A DNA stretch of 64,000 bases, from positions 32,001-96,000 of IMG/VR virus record IMGVR_UViG_3300027746_000697, one strand, 5' to 3'. Under the pieces are notes generated by a model. That model made no database searches. It saw only the letters and a list, made by a program, of their open reading frames with translations, and was not told the DNA's origin. The DNA comes from a virus. Below, piece by piece: positions 10,906-21,082 of this stretch (position 1 is the stretch's first letter; each line of letters opens with the position of its first letter). Both the position numbers and the translations under genes were made by a program.

Positions 10906-10913
10906 GAGAAAAG

Positions 10914-11156
10914 ATGATCACAGTATATTCAAAGAACAACTGTCCGTTTTGTGACAGAGCAAAAGCACTATTAGAAAGTAAATCAATTCCATTCAAAGTA
11001 ATTAAAATGGAAGATGAACCGGACGCTCGTGGATTCCTAATGGATCAAGGTTTGCGTTCAGTTCCACAAATTTTCAAGGACGGCGTTCTCCTTCCTGGCG
11101 GCTATCAAGGCCTTGCAGGTAAAGACGAAGAATTTTTCAACACACTCAAAGGGTAA
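10914..11156 (+). CDS. glutaredoxin
   Basis: CPFC active site, RSVPQIF, GGY; follows nrdB. Confidence 0.9.
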   Translation: MITVYSKNNCPFCDRAKALLESKSIPFKVIKMEDEPDARGFLMDQGLRSVPQIFKDGVLLPGGYQGLAGKDEEFFNTLKG

Positions 11157-11158
11157 AC

Positions 11159-11449
11159 ATGTTAATCAATAAAGGTATCGCAACGGGCGAAGTAGTTACA
11201 ATCAAAACAACAGCAGGCGAAGAAATTGTTGCCAAACTGGTGGACGAAAATGTAATGGGTGTTACAGTAAATAAACCATTAGTTCTAACAGCAGGACAAA
11301 AGGGCATTGCACTTGTGCCATTTTTGTTCACAGTTGAAATGGATACAAACGTCACTATTTCACGTGCAACTATTATGGTACTAGCACCAACTGCAAAAGA
11401 TGCTTCGGATCAGTATATTCAAAATACCACCGGCATTGCTTTGAAATAA
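11159..11449 (+). CDS. hypothetical protein, possible Sm/LSm-like fold
   Basis: GEVVTIKTTAGEEIVAKL beta-rich pattern typical of phage Sm-like proteins. Confidence 0.5.
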   Translation: MLINKGIATGEVVTIKTTAGEEIVAKLVDENVMGVTVNKPLVLTAGQKGIALVPFLFTVEMDTNVTISRATIMVLAPTAKDASDQYIQNTTGIALK

Positions 11450-11457
11450 ATATAAAC

Positions 11458-12450
11458 ATGCCAGCTGTAGCCCGCCAAGGAGACCCAACAACAACCGGAC
11501 ATGGTTGTGATGGAACCACGACCGTAACTGGACCAACTGGCGCAGTAGCCAAAGTCTATGCTAACGATATTGCTGTAGAATGTAAAGGCAATCCAACTGC
11601 CGCACATACTATCAAATCTGGTAATAACTGTGTTCCTCATGGAGCTGTGATCAATGTCGGGTCTGGCAATGTGTTTGTTGGTGAGGTTCCGGTTGCCCGA
11701 GTAGGGGACAGTACAGACGGCGGTAAAATTACGGCTGGTTCAGGCACTGTGTTTATCAACGGAGAAGGCGGCGCCTTTGGCGGCGGCGTTGGTATTGACG
11801 GTGGTACCGGCAACGTGGCAATTGGACCTGGAGGCGGTGGCACAGTTCCAAGAGACCCAGGCTGGGATTATGCGGCACATTCGTTTTTTGAAAACAATCG
11901 TCATGATTATCAATACTTTGCCGCGGAGTATGCCGGAATGGACTATTTGCCTAAGACCGGCAACGCGGCTTTACCGCTTGATACTCGAAGAGAGTTGTTA
12001 CGAGATTATGCAATAAACGTATTAGGTTGGGCCCCAGATGCAGTTATCCCAACGGGCCCTGATGGAGAAGTATCTTTTACGGACCCTAATTATCATCCTC
12101 CAGTAAAATTACAAGATTATATTAATACAGTTGCAACAGAAAAAGGTTATCTCGATAGTCAAGGAAAAAGTACCTTGCCATTAGACTACCAACAAGCGAT
12201 AGATCAGGCACAATTGGCATCTCTTGCTCCATACATTCAAGCACAATTAGCAAGAGTGAATAATGGCGAGCAAACTTTGGTAAATCCCAGTATTCCGCCA
12301 ATAGAGGAAATCGCTGCCGCGGCCGCGGCCGCTGTTGCTAATAGTGCAAGTAATCCTTATAGAAATGAACCAAATCTGATTGGCGGACCAGTACAGGATC
12401 CTGCACCTGCACCTGCAACACCTGAGCCAGAATGGTTTACAAATAATTGA
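11458..12450 (+). CDS. PAAR-domain spike tip protein with long C-terminal extension
   Basis: PAVARQGD...HG, GSGNVFV, PVARVGD repeats in first ~100 aa. Confidence 0.8.
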   Translation: MPAVARQGDPTTTGHGCDGTTTVTGPTGAVAKVYANDIAVECKGNPTAAHTIKSGNNCVPHGAVINVGSGNVFVGEVPVARVGDSTDGGKITAGSGTVFINGEGGAFGGGVGIDGGTGNVAIGPGGGGTVPRDPGWDYAAHSFFENNRHDYQYFAAEYAGMDYLPKTGNAALPLDTRRELLRDYAINVLGWAPDAVIPTGPDGEVSFTDPNYHPPVKLQDYINTVATEKGYLDSQGKSTLPLDYQQAIDQAQLASLAPYIQAQLARVNNGEQTLVNPSIPPIEEIAAAAAAAVANSASNPYRNEPNLIGGPVQDPAPAPATPEPEWFTNN

Positions 12451-12516
12451 CATTTATTTTTAAGCCCTGTATACTAGGTATAAGTACTCTGTACTTCATA
12501 TAAAGGATTATTAAAA

Positions 12517-12711
12517 ATGGCTACAAATAAACACGCAGAATTTACAGCAATCGTAGAAGCAATGGAAGCAGACTTTGAAAAGTTTTATGACAAGGAAGTT
12601 GGCGCCGCAGGTACCCGTGTACGTAAACATTGTCAAGATCTTGCCAAATTGTGCAAAGAAACACGTAATGATGTAACAGCAGTTAAAAACGCACGAAAAG
12701 AAGTAAAATAA
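12517..12711 (+). CDS. histone H1-like (Hc1-family) small protein
   Basis: FEKFYDK.VGAAGTRVRK..QDLAKLCKETR pattern. Confidence 0.7.
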   Translation: MATNKHAEFTAIVEAMEADFEKFYDKEVGAAGTRVRKHCQDLAKLCKETRNDVTAVKNARKEVK

Positions 12712-12749
12712 TCCACTAAATACTGTACACTTTTATTAGGAGGTGTATT

Positions 12750-12869
12750 ATGTTAGAAACTTTATTTTGGTTAGCACTTGGTGCTTTCATTGGTTGGAAT
12801 TTTCCTCAGCCTGGTTTTGCTAAGAACATTCAAGCAAAAGTAATGGGCATGTTTAAAAAGGCAGAGTAA
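12750..12869 (+). CDS. small membrane protein (39 aa)
   Basis: RBS AGGAGG; MLETLFWLALGAFIGWNFPQP...; below ORF-track cutoff. Confidence 0.7.
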   Translation: MLETLFWLALGAFIGWNFPQPGFAKNIQAKVMGMFKKAE

Positions 12870-12917
12870 ACGAAACTAACGCCTTAGGCGTTATATTAGT
12901 ATACTAGGAAACATACT

Positions 12918-13226
12918 ATGAAAAAACTATTAGCGATCTTATTAATGACTATTAGCGTTACGGCGATGGCACAACATCACGGACACTATGGTCATCATAA
13001 CAACTATTACAGAGGTGGTAACGGGTGGGGGTGGGTAGCACCAGCAGTTATTGGGGGTGTTGTAGTTTACGGAATGACTCGTCCACAGATTGTTCAACAA
13101 CCTCCTGTAATAGTACAACAACCAAATCAAATAATTGTACCTTATGCGGCTCCTCAAGGATTTCATTGGGAACAAATTTTAGATGCTAATTGTAACTGCT
13201 ATAGATTAGTATTGGTACAAGGATAA
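12918..13226 (+). CDS. secreted Pro/Gln-rich hypothetical protein
   Basis: Signal peptide, GWGWVAPAVIGG segment. Confidence 0.65.
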   Translation: MKKLLAILLMTISVTAMAQHHGHYGHHNNYYRGGNGWGWVAPAVIGGVVVYGMTRPQIVQQPPVIVQQPNQIIVPYAAPQGFHWEQILDANCNCYRLVLVQG

Positions 13227-13227
13227 T

Positions 13228-13614
13228 ATGGCATATTCAGACAAAGTAATAGATCATTATGAGAATCCACGTAATGTAGGATCGTTTGATAAAAACGATC
13301 CTACCGTGGGCACTGGCATGGTAGGAGCTCCGGCATGCGGTGATGTAATGAAACTACAAATAAAAGTAGACGAAACTGGTATTATTACCGATGCCAAATT
13401 TAAAACATATGGCTGTGGATCGGCAATTGCCAGCAGTTCTCTTGTTACCGAAATGATCAAAGGCATGACTCTTGAACAGGCTGGTAGCATTAAGAACAGC
13501 GAGATTGCAACAGAACTTGCTCTTCCTCCGGTCAAAATACATTGTAGTATATTGGCCGAAGATGCCATAAAAGCGGCCGTACATGATTATCGTAACCGAC
13601 ACAGCACAAACTAA
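13228..13614 (+). CDS. iscU: Fe-S cluster scaffold IscU
   Basis: MAYSDKVIDHYENPRNVG, APACGDVM, GCGSAIASSS, LPPVKIHCS. Confidence 0.95.
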   Translation: MAYSDKVIDHYENPRNVGSFDKNDPTVGTGMVGAPACGDVMKLQIKVDETGIITDAKFKTYGCGSAIASSSLVTEMIKGMTLEQAGSIKNSEIATELALPPVKIHCSILAEDAIKAAVHDYRNRHSTN

Positions 13615-13909
13615 AATCAAAAAGAATTTAGAAAAACGTGGCAAGGGCGTGGGTATTCGTATCGGCGTTCGAACTACAGGGTGCAGTGGATTGGCCTACA
13701 CTATGGAATACGTGGACGAATACACTGCCGAAGTTGGTGTAACCAATTTTGGCCATCCAGACTTTGTGTTATTAGTAGATGCCAAAAGTCTAGCCTACTT
13801 AAACGGCTTAACAATGGATTGGGTTCGCAACGGACTCAATGAAGGTTTTGATTTTATCAATCCCAACGAACGAGATCGTTGCGGATGCGGTGAATCATTT
13901 CGAGTATAA
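13583..13909 (+). CDS. iscA: Fe-S cluster assembly protein IscA
   Basis: TTGCSGLAY and CGCGESF motifs. Confidence 0.95.
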   Translation: MIIVTDTAQTKIKKNLEKRGKGVGIRIGVRTTGCSGLAYTMEYVDEYTAEVGVTNFGHPDFVLLVDAKSLAYLNGLTMDWVRNGLNEGFDFINPNERDRCGCGESFRV

Positions 13910-13981
13910 CAATCCTTGACTTAGTCAAATTTTATTAGTATAATACTAGTACTGTTATTACTTTTGGAGATTATTTTGAGT

Positions 13982-14365
13982 ATGCATTTAGAAGGTCCGT
14001 GGCTCAGTACCACCGGCAAAAAGAAAGGCAAAAAGAAATTCGCTTCGGCAAAACATGCTAGAAAAGCACGTGAGCAAGAAGAAAGTTGGAAAGAACTACA
14101 AAAACGATGGGCCATAGAAGCTGAGGATAAAAAACGTAAACGAGCATTGTCAAGTGAGATTTACAAGTCACCTAAACTTACATATCGCGGATCAGATGCT
14201 CCCCGTATTCCCAGTAGAGATTCTGGTAGTGGTGTAGCTACATTGGCTCCAGCCAAGGTTTATACAGGAACTATGGTGAAAGGCATTGCCACCATGCATA
14301 AGAGCAACGCAGTACCGGTGTTCAGTGATGAACAAGCAGTTGACATATCTCGTATGAGACGTTAA
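13982..14365 (+). CDS. basic hypothetical phage protein
   Basis: Sigma70-like promoter (TTGACT..TATAAT at 13916-13944); C-terminal GIATMHKSNAVPVF. Confidence 0.65.
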   Translation: MHLEGPWLSTTGKKKGKKKFASAKHARKAREQEESWKELQKRWAIEAEDKKRKRALSSEIYKSPKLTYRGSDAPRIPSRDSGSGVATLAPAKVYTGTMVKGIATMHKSNAVPVFSDEQAVDISRMRR

Positions 14366-14534
14366 ACTATAAACTTAGTATTTTAACCTTGTACACAGAT
14401 GATAATTACATATTACCCTGATAGGTTTTGGGGTAATAAAGCAGTAGGCTTTTAACGCACAAGGAGATGTATCGAAGCCATTTGTTAAATGACGGGACCA
14501 GCAATTCCGTGATCCAGCGTAAAGGAGAAAGAAA

Positions 14535-15065
14535 ATGATACGCATCATAAAAGCAGTAGTATTTTTACTAGCAATAACGCTAGTGATATTCGCAGGGTAT
14601 AGAGCAGTTAATTATAAATTTGATACCCTTAAAACGGCCCGTGAACAAGCGAGCCCAGTTACAGCACAATTAAGACAAAAACAATTAGATTGTCTTGCTC
14701 GTAACATATACCATGAAGCCGGCTACGAGTCCTTTGAAGGCAAAGTAGCGGTTGCACAAGTTACAATCAACAGAGCAGAAAGCGGTCAATTTCCGTCTGA
14801 CATCTGCCAAGTTGTATATCAAAAGAATGTAGTGTACGAAAAAGTGCTTTGCCAGTTCAGCTGGTATTGTGAAGGCCCTAGTGCTAAAAAGCCTATGAAT
14901 GGTCCAGTGTATACAGAAAGTATGGAAGTAGCCAAAAAAGTATTACTTGAAGGATTTAGACTGCCTTCAATTAAACATGCACTTTACTTCCATGGCGATT
15001 ACATCAACCCTAAATGGGGTAAACAACCTGTGGCGAAAATTGGCCGACACATTTTTTATAATTGA
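14535..15065 (+). CDS. SleB-like cell wall hydrolase (Hydrolase_2)
   Basis: CLARNIYHEAGYE, VAQVTINR, CQFSW, ALYFH, IGRHIFY; N-terminal TM. Confidence 0.9.
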   Translation: MIRIIKAVVFLLAITLVIFAGYRAVNYKFDTLKTAREQASPVTAQLRQKQLDCLARNIYHEAGYESFEGKVAVAQVTINRAESGQFPSDICQVVYQKNVVYEKVLCQFSWYCEGPSAKKPMNGPVYTESMEVAKKVLLEGFRLPSIKHALYFHGDYINPKWGKQPVAKIGRHIFYN

Positions 15066-15073
15066 GGACTAGT

Positions 15074-15415
15074 ATGAACATGAACATTGAAAAATTCAAA
15101 GCAGAACTACATAACTTTTTTGACCTTAATCTATTGGTTAAGAATATCAAAGAACATGCACCCAACATTTCAGCAGAAACTATGGGCTGGATTGCAGTAG
15201 TGCTGATGCATCTTGCTACAATTCCAACATTGTTGGCAGTGTTAACGGGACTAACTGAGAAAATGCCTCCAGTGGATTTGGTATTGTTTGCATGGAGCGG
15301 ATTATTTTGCTTTTTTGTCAAAGCCACTATCCAAAAAGATGTGTTAAACATTGTTACAATTGGGTTTGGATTCTTTGTTCAAGCCGCTCTTTTAGCCTTA
15401 ATAGTGTTCAAGTAA
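15074..15415 (+). CDS. membrane protein (3 TM)
   Basis: Hydrophobic segments; follows the hydrolase. Confidence 0.6.
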   Translation: MNMNIEKFKAELHNFFDLNLLVKNIKEHAPNISAETMGWIAVVLMHLATIPTLLAVLTGLTEKMPPVDLVLFAWSGLFCFFVKATIQKDVLNIVTIGFGFFVQAALLALIVFK

Positions 15416-15448
15416 CGATAAATATTAGATAATTAAGGAGCACCTAAA

Positions 15449-16024
15449 ATGCCATCAGGATTTCAAAACGACACAAATCAGCTACAAGCTGAAATGTACA
15501 GAGCAACAATCACAATGAGTAATACAACCTATTACCCAACCGCAGACACAGACGATAACGGTGGAGTTACTCCCAGCGCATCAGACAGTTTTGCCACATT
15601 GCCAACTACACTGGCCAAGGGCAAGGCCCGTGCCAGAGGTAACATGCGTTTCCGCAATGTGGTAAATCGTCTAACAGGCCTGGGCGATTGCCAAATTCGT
15701 GATATTACTATTACAGAAGCCAACGGCGATGCACAAGCAACCAGTTTAGCATTCACTGTGGCCTACGATAGACCAAGTCTTATCACTGTTAGCGGCACAT
15801 CAGTTGACGGAACCACAGCAATTACCACAACAGCGTTGGCTGTTAAAGATGCTGTTGCACGTGGCGTCAGAGACGTGACTGTGGCCAATACACGAGTATA
15901 TGACGGCACAAATGCACAAGATACACAAATGACTCTTACTGTGACCACAACAGGCGCAACTGCTACACAGACATACGGAACTGTGGCAGTTACCTTAATT
16001 GACGAAACAACACTTTTTGATTAA
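15449..16024 (+). CDS. Thr-rich putative virion protein
   Basis: TAAATA motif and AAGGAG RBS upstream; Thr/Ala-rich beta composition. Confidence 0.6.
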   Translation: MPSGFQNDTNQLQAEMYRATITMSNTTYYPTADTDDNGGVTPSASDSFATLPTTLAKGKARARGNMRFRNVVNRLTGLGDCQIRDITITEANGDAQATSLAFTVAYDRPSLITVSGTSVDGTTAITTTALAVKDAVARGVRDVTVANTRVYDGTNAQDTQMTLTVTTTGATATQTYGTVAVTLIDETTLFD

Positions 16025-16033
16025 GATTATCTG

Positions 16034-17248
16034 ATGATTTTAGCCTGGTTACTACTTCTTACTGGCTTAACAATATCTGCGGTTGCAATCTACTATTCTG
16101 TAGTAGGCCTGACCGCAATATTTTCTGCGGCCGTGATTCCGATTATTATCATGGGGTCCGCTCTTGAAGTTGGTAAACTTGTTTGCGCTTCCTGGTTAAA
16201 AGCCAATTGGGAACGTGCTCCTGCGTACATGAAGTACTACATGATATCAGCAGTGATTATCCTAATGCTTATTACTTCAATGGGAATCTTTGGATTCCTT
16301 TCAAAAGCTCACAACGACCAAAATCTAGTAAGTGGTGATGTGCAAAGTAAGATTGCCATCTACGACGAAAAAATTCGAACAGAACGAGAAAACATTGAAG
16401 CCAATCGTAAAGCACTCAAGCAAATGGATGCTACTATTGATGAAACTATTTCTCGTAGTAAAACAGATCAAGGTGCTGTAAACGCCAATGCAATGCGTCA
16501 GCGCCAAGCCAAAGAAAGAACACAGATACAAGCTGACATCACTAAATCTCAAAAATCCATTGCCGCCTTGAACGAAGAACGTTCTCCGATTGCCGCCGAA
16601 GTTCGCAAAGTAGAAGCTGAAGTAGGTCCAATCAAATACATTGCCAAGTTCATTTACGGAGAACATGGCGCAGATGAAAACATGTTGGAAAAAGCAGTAA
16701 CATGGATCATTGTTCTTATTGTTGTGGTATTTGACCCACTTGCAGTTATCATGTTATTGGCCGCACAAATGACGTTTGGATGGCGCAAAGAAGAACCAGC
16801 AGTAGTGGAAGCACCAGTTAAACTTGAGCCATCATATTCCAAGGATGAAGGTCCGTTAACTGATGATCAAATAGAGCAAATTAAGGCAACTGTAGAGGCA
16901 CCAAAAGAAGAAACTAGCGAAACACCGTTGACTGCACTAGGAGGTGATATAACAGCACCGGAGGAACCTTTAGTAACAATGACTGCTACCGAAGAATCAG
17001 AGCTAGCAAAGTGGAACAAGATGATAGAGCAAGCTGATGCATTATTAGCCCAAGAAGCTATAACTCAAGAAGAAGCTAAACGATATCGTTCCGAAATAGC
17101 AACTGCTGACAGCTACACAGAAGTAACAGGAGACAGGCTTAAACCCGATCTAACAGAAGTTATTGAACCTGAGTCAGAAGAGTCAAAAAAAAAGACTTAT
17201 ATGATCAAGGACCGTACGGGACAGATACTAGTAAAGGCTCGAGAATAG
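16034..17248 (+). CDS. membrane protein with coiled coil; possible -1 frameshift extension to 17532
   Basis: Three N-terminal TMs, coiled coil, VGPIKYIA, FDPLAV TM; A_AAA_AAG at 17188-17194. Confidence 0.7.
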   Translation: MILAWLLLLTGLTISAVAIYYSVVGLTAIFSAAVIPIIIMGSALEVGKLVCASWLKANWERAPAYMKYYMISAVIILMLITSMGIFGFLSKAHNDQNLVSGDVQSKIAIYDEKIRTERENIEANRKALKQMDATIDETISRSKTDQGAVNANAMRQRQAKERTQIQADITKSQKSIAALNEERSPIAAEVRKVEAEVGPIKYIAKFIYGEHGADENMLEKAVTWIIVLIVVVFDPLAVIMLLAAQMTFGWRKEEPAVVEAPVKLEPSYSKDEGPLTDDQIEQIKATVEAPKEETSETPLTALGGDITAPEEPLVTMTATEESELAKWNKMIEQADALLAQEAITQEEAKRYRSEIATADSYTEVTGDRLKPDLTEVIEPESEESKKKTYMIKDRTGQILVKARE

Positions 17249-17298
17249 GCTACATACAGAACGAAGAACAACAAGCATCAAATTCAATTTGGAATAGA

Positions 17299-17532
17299 AT
17301 GATAGAACGCACCGGTATGAAACCCATCGATGAGTTGTACACATATTATTCACAAGGTGGATTTGAGCAAGTTGTGATAGATAATATCGTGGAACCTGAG
17401 TTAGCAGATTTCGTAGAGAAAACTAAAACAGACGGTCCAAGGTTTAATAGTTATCCAAAAGATAAATTAGAATATTTCGCAAGAAGGATATATGAACTTA
17501 GGAAAAATAACCCTGATAACACCGCCGGATAA
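17299..17532 (+). CDS. hypothetical protein (probable frameshift continuation)
   Basis: Frame open from the slippery site at 17185 through YIQNEEQ to TAA 17532. Confidence 0.5.
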   Translation: MIERTGMKPIDELYTYYSQGGFEQVVIDNIVEPELADFVEKTKTDGPRFNSYPKDKLEYFARRIYELRKNNPDNTAG

Positions 17533-17902
17533 GTTGTTCAATATGAACCTTAGCTACTTGTTAATCAAGCCATCTACTCAAGTTAAAGAGCAATTTCAGA
17601 TCATATTAAGCCAAATCTTAGAAGATGTAAACGTGTTTGTTTACGACGAAGACGATCACGACATTGGCTGGTTGCTGGGTATTGCACAACAAGTCGAAGT
17701 TATAATTATTGATGTTGATAATTGTGATTTAATCACAAGCCATTTTATTACATTTTTATTGGCTCATCCTAATTCTTACTATATAACTGTTGATGATACT
17801 ATTCCGTATAAATTAATTAGTAAGAATAGAATATATAATCTAGACTGGATTATTGAAAAAATAAAACAAGATGAGGATGACGCAGATGCTGAAGAAGATT
17901 AA
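17492..17902 (+). CDS. hypothetical protein
   Basis: ORF track with AAGGA RBS. Confidence 0.65.
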   Translation: MNLGKITLITPPDKLFNMNLSYLLIKPSTQVKEQFQIILSQILEDVNVFVYDEDDHDIGWLLGIAQQVEVIIIDVDNCDLITSHFITFLLAHPNSYYITVDDTIPYKLISKNRIYNLDWIIEKIKQDEDDADAEED

Positions 17903-18116
17903 AGGAACCGGAGTTACTGTTAGGGATAACGAAAATATCAATCAAACTTTGAGAAGGTTTAAAAAGAAGATTGAAGAAGCAGGAATCCTAGACGACCTAC
18001 GCAAACACGAGTTTTACGAAAAACCCACAACCGAACGCAAACGTAAAAAAGGTGCGGCCAAAGCTCGTTGGAGAAAGAAACTCGAAAGTCAGCAATTACC
18101 TAAAAAAATGTATTGA
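17886..18116 (+). CDS. rpsU: ribosomal protein bS21 (phage-encoded)
   Basis: [19 protein letters not shown]...[21 protein letters not shown]. Confidence 0.9.
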   Translation: MLKKIKGTGVTVRDNENINQTLRRFKKKIEEAGILDDLRKHEFYEKPTTERKRKKGAAKARWRKKLESQQLPKKMY

Positions 18117-18141
18117 CACAGCATCTGTATTATGTTATAAT
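18113..18141 (+). promoter_or_regulatory. sigma70-type promoter
   Basis: TTGACA-17 nt-TATAAT. Confidence 0.8.
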
Positions 18142-18169
18142 TTAAGCTCACAATAAAGAAAGAGCTTAA

Positions 18170-18754
18170 ATGGCAAATACAGACGTGATGATTGATTTGG
18201 AGACGCTTAACACTACTCCGGATGCAACCATACTTACAATCGGTGCAGTAAAATTTGATCCGTTTGGCAGAGAATTACAAGAACCAAAAATGGACAGTTT
18301 TTACTGCCGAGTAGACACAGATAGCTGTGACCGAATTGGACTAACTACCAACGATGATACCATTGCTTGGTGGGCCAGTCAAAGCAAAGAAGCTCAAGAT
18401 GCGGCTTTTGATCCCACTGATAGACTTGATATAGAAGAAGCGTTTGCTCGTCTGTACAAGTTCTGTTGGGGTGCTAAACGTGTTTGGAGTAATGGTTCTA
18501 CATTTGATATTATCATTTGCGAGCATGTGTATCGCAAAATCAATCGTGCTATACCTTGGAAGTTTTGGGAAGTACGTGATGTGCGTACAGCATTTGATCT
18601 TGGCATTAATCCACACCGTCCGCCAGTCACAGCTCATCATGCATTGGAAGATGCTTGGAATCAAGCAGTTGGAATTCAAAATGTCTACAACACACTACGC
18701 ACTAGCACAACCAGTGCCGGCGATTATATCGCACCATTTGCAAATCAAAGGTAA
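18170..18754 (+). CDS. DEDDh 3'-5' exonuclease (DexA/Rv2179c-like)
   Basis: MIDLETL, WSNGSTFD, RDVRT, HHALEDA. Confidence 0.85.
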   Translation: MANTDVMIDLETLNTTPDATILTIGAVKFDPFGRELQEPKMDSFYCRVDTDSCDRIGLTTNDDTIAWWASQSKEAQDAAFDPTDRLDIEEAFARLYKFCWGAKRVWSNGSTFDIIICEHVYRKINRAIPWKFWEVRDVRTAFDLGINPHRPPVTAHHALEDAWNQAVGIQNVYNTLRTSTTSAGDYIAPFANQR

Positions 18755-18757
18755 TAT

Positions 18758-19042
18758 ATGGACAGTCAAACTAAAGAAGTAATGGACATTCTCCAAGAAG
18801 AATGTGCTGAAGTAATTCAAGCAGTTAGTAAAATCAGCAGATTTGGACTAGACAATTTCAAACCAGGAAAACCCAAAACTAACAGAGAACACTTGGAAGA
18901 AGAATTGGGCGATTTGTATGCTATGATTGAAATTCTACAAGAACTAGATGTAGTTAGCTGGACTAACATTGAAAAAGCCGCAGAAGCCAAGCGTGAAAAA
19001 CTTAAAATTTGGTCCAATATCTTTAATTCAGAGAACATCTGA
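18758..19042 (+). CDS. MazG-like nucleotide pyrophosphohydrolase
   Basis: LQEECAEVIQAVSK...LEEELGD. Confidence 0.8.
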   Translation: MDSQTKEVMDILQEECAEVIQAVSKISRFGLDNFKPGKPKTNREHLEEELGDLYAMIEILQELDVVSWTNIEKAAEAKREKLKIWSNIFNSENI

Positions 19043-19054
19043 GATAAATAAATT

Positions 19055-19111
19055 TGTAAAACGCCGTAAGGGTTTTACATATTCTTGCTTAATTTAAAGG
19101 AGAAAATTATG
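19055..19111 (+). promoter_or_regulatory. ROSE-like RNA thermometer 5' UTR of dnaK
   Basis: Hairpin TGTAAAAC-GCCGTAAGG-GTTTTACA, then TTCTTGCTT pairing over SD AAGGAGAA. Confidence 0.55.
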
Positions 19112-21013
19112 AGCAAAATCATCGGTATCGATTTAGGTACAACAAATAGCTGTGTAGCAATCCTAGAAAATGGAATTGCCAAAGTAATTGAAAACAGCGA
19201 AGGTGCTAGAACAACACCATCAATCATTGCGTATACAGAGAAAGAAATTCTTGTAGGCGCAACAGCAAAACGACAAGCAGTCACAAACCCAAAGAACACT
19301 ATCTACGCAAGCAAGCGTCTTATTGGGCGCAAGTTTGACGAAAAAGAAGTACAGAAAGACATTGACTTGATGCCATACAATATTATCAAAGCTGATAATG
19401 GTGACGCATGGATTGAAGCCAACGGTGAAAAACTTGCACCACAACAAGTGTCAGCTGAAGTATTGCGTAAAATGAAAAAGACAGCGGAGGATTATCTTGG
19501 TACAGAAGTTACTCAAGCAGTTATCACAGTTCCTGCATACTTTAACGATAGCCAAAGACAAGCAACTAAAGATGCTGGCCGCATTGCCGGCTTGGAAGTA
19601 CTGCGTATTATTAACGAACCTACTGCGGCAGCTCTTGCTTATGGTGTTGATAAAGCTGATAAAAGAGACAGGAAAATTGCTGTTTACGACCTTGGTGGTG
19701 GTACATTCGACATATCAATCATTGAAATTGCAAATATTGACGGCGATAAACAAATTGAAGTACTAAGCACCAACGGCGACACCTTCTTGGGCGGTGAAGA
19801 CTTTGATCAAGTTATCATGGATCACTTGGTTGACGAGTTCAAGAAAGACAGCGGCATTGATCTTAAGAAAGACATGCTGGCCTTACAACGCCTCAAAGAG
19901 TCAGCGGAAAAAGCCAAGATTGAATTGTCCAGCGCCGCCAGTACCAGTGTTAACTTGCCATACATCACAGCAGACGCAACTGGTCCTAAGCACATGAATG
20001 TAACTATCAGTCGTGCTAAGTTTGAAGGCATGGTTGAGCAACTTATTGAGCGTTCAATTGCTCCATGTAAGATTGCCATGACTGATGCCAAAGTAACTGC
20101 CGCAGACATTGACGAGGTTATACTGGTTGGTGGACAAACACGTATGCCTAAAGTACAAGAAGCAGTTGAGAAACTGTTTGGCAAGTCTCCACGCAAAGAC
20201 GTTAACCCAGACGAAGCAGTGGCCGCAGGTGCCGCGATTCAAGGTGCAGTGTTGGCCGGCGACAAGACGGATGTGCTGTTGCTGGACGTGACACCATTGA
20301 GCCTAGGTATTGAAACAATGGGCGGTGTGTTTACCAAGTTGATTGCCAAGAACACAACAATTCCAACCAAGGCCAGTCAAACATTCAGCACTGCGGATGA
20401 TAATCAACCAGCTGTGGACATCAAAGTAGCACAAGGCGAGCGTGAACTATTCAAGTTCAACAAAGCACTGGGTGAATTCAAGTTAGATGGTATTAGTCCA
20501 CAACCACGTGGCATGCCGCAAATTGAAGTTACGTTTGATATTGACGCAAACGGAATTATGAATATCAGTGCCAAAGATAAAAGCACCGGTAAAGAAAACA
20601 AGATCACTATTAAAAGCGATAGCGGATTATCAGAAGCTGAAATCCAGCGCATGGTACGTGAAGCGGAAGACAACGCAGAGTCTGATAAGAAAATACGTGA
20701 GTTAATTGATGCACGTAACAGTGCAGAATCAACTACACACGGCATCAAGAAAGACTTTGAAGAATTCAAAGATCAGTTGACTGAGGAAGAAAAGACTGCA
20801 TACGAAACTGCATTCAAAACTGTCGAAACAGCAGTTTTAGGTGAAGACGTAGAAGCCATTACTACATCAGTTACTGCATTTTTTGAAGCGGCCGGTCCTG
20901 TAATTGCTAAAAAGCAAGCCGCAGAACAGGCCAAAACTGCACCACAAACTCAAGGTGGTGAACAAACTGTGGATGCGGCCTTTACAGAGGTTGACCCCGC
21001 AGACAAAAAGTAA
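19109..21013 (+). CDS. dnaK: molecular chaperone DnaK
   Basis: [32 protein letters not shown] motifs; RBS AAGGAG. Confidence 0.97.
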   Translation: MSKIIGIDLGTTNSCVAILENGIAKVIENSEGARTTPSIIAYTEKEILVGATAKRQAVTNPKNTIYASKRLIGRKFDEKEVQKDIDLMPYNIIKADNGDAWIEANGEKLAPQQVSAEVLRKMKKTAEDYLGTEVTQAVITVPAYFNDSQRQATKDAGRIAGLEVLRIINEPTAAALAYGVDKADKRDRKIAVYDLGGGTFDISIIEIANIDGDKQIEVLSTNGDTFLGGEDFDQVIMDHLVDEFKKDSGIDLKKDMLALQRLKESAEKAKIELSSAASTSVNLPYITADATGPKHMNVTISRAKFEGMVEQLIERSIAPCKIAMTDAKVTAADIDEVILVGGQTRMPKVQEAVEKLFGKSPRKDVNPDEAVAAGAAIQGAVLAGDKTDVLLLDVTPLSLGIETMGGVFTKLIAKNTTIPTKASQTFSTADDNQPAVDIKVAQGERELFKFNKALGEFKLDGISPQPRGMPQIEVTFDIDANGIMNISAKDKSTGKENKITIKSDSGLSEAEIQRMVREAEDNAESDKKIRELIDARNSAESTTHGIKKDFEEFKDQLTEEEKTAYETAFKTVETAVLGEDVEAITTSVTAFFEAAGPVIAKKQAAEQAKTAPQTQGGEQTVDAAFTEVDPADKK

Positions 21014-21026
21014 TATAATGTAACAT

Positions 21027-21082
21027 GCAGGACGCCTTAGGGGTCCTGCGAGGTTCTTGCTTATTTAAAGGAGAAAATTATG
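21027..21082 (+). promoter_or_regulatory. ROSE-like RNA thermometer 5' UTR of hsp20
   Basis: Hairpin GCAGGAC-GCCTTAGGG-GTCCTGC, then TTCTTGCTT pairing over SD AAGGAGAA. Confidence 0.6.

Noticed and set aside
14410-14530. Possible c-di-AMP (ydaO) riboswitch upstream of the cell wall hydrolase
   Set aside because: Only TTTTGGGG resembles the consensus and the other conserved blocks are absent; a structured leader remains possible.
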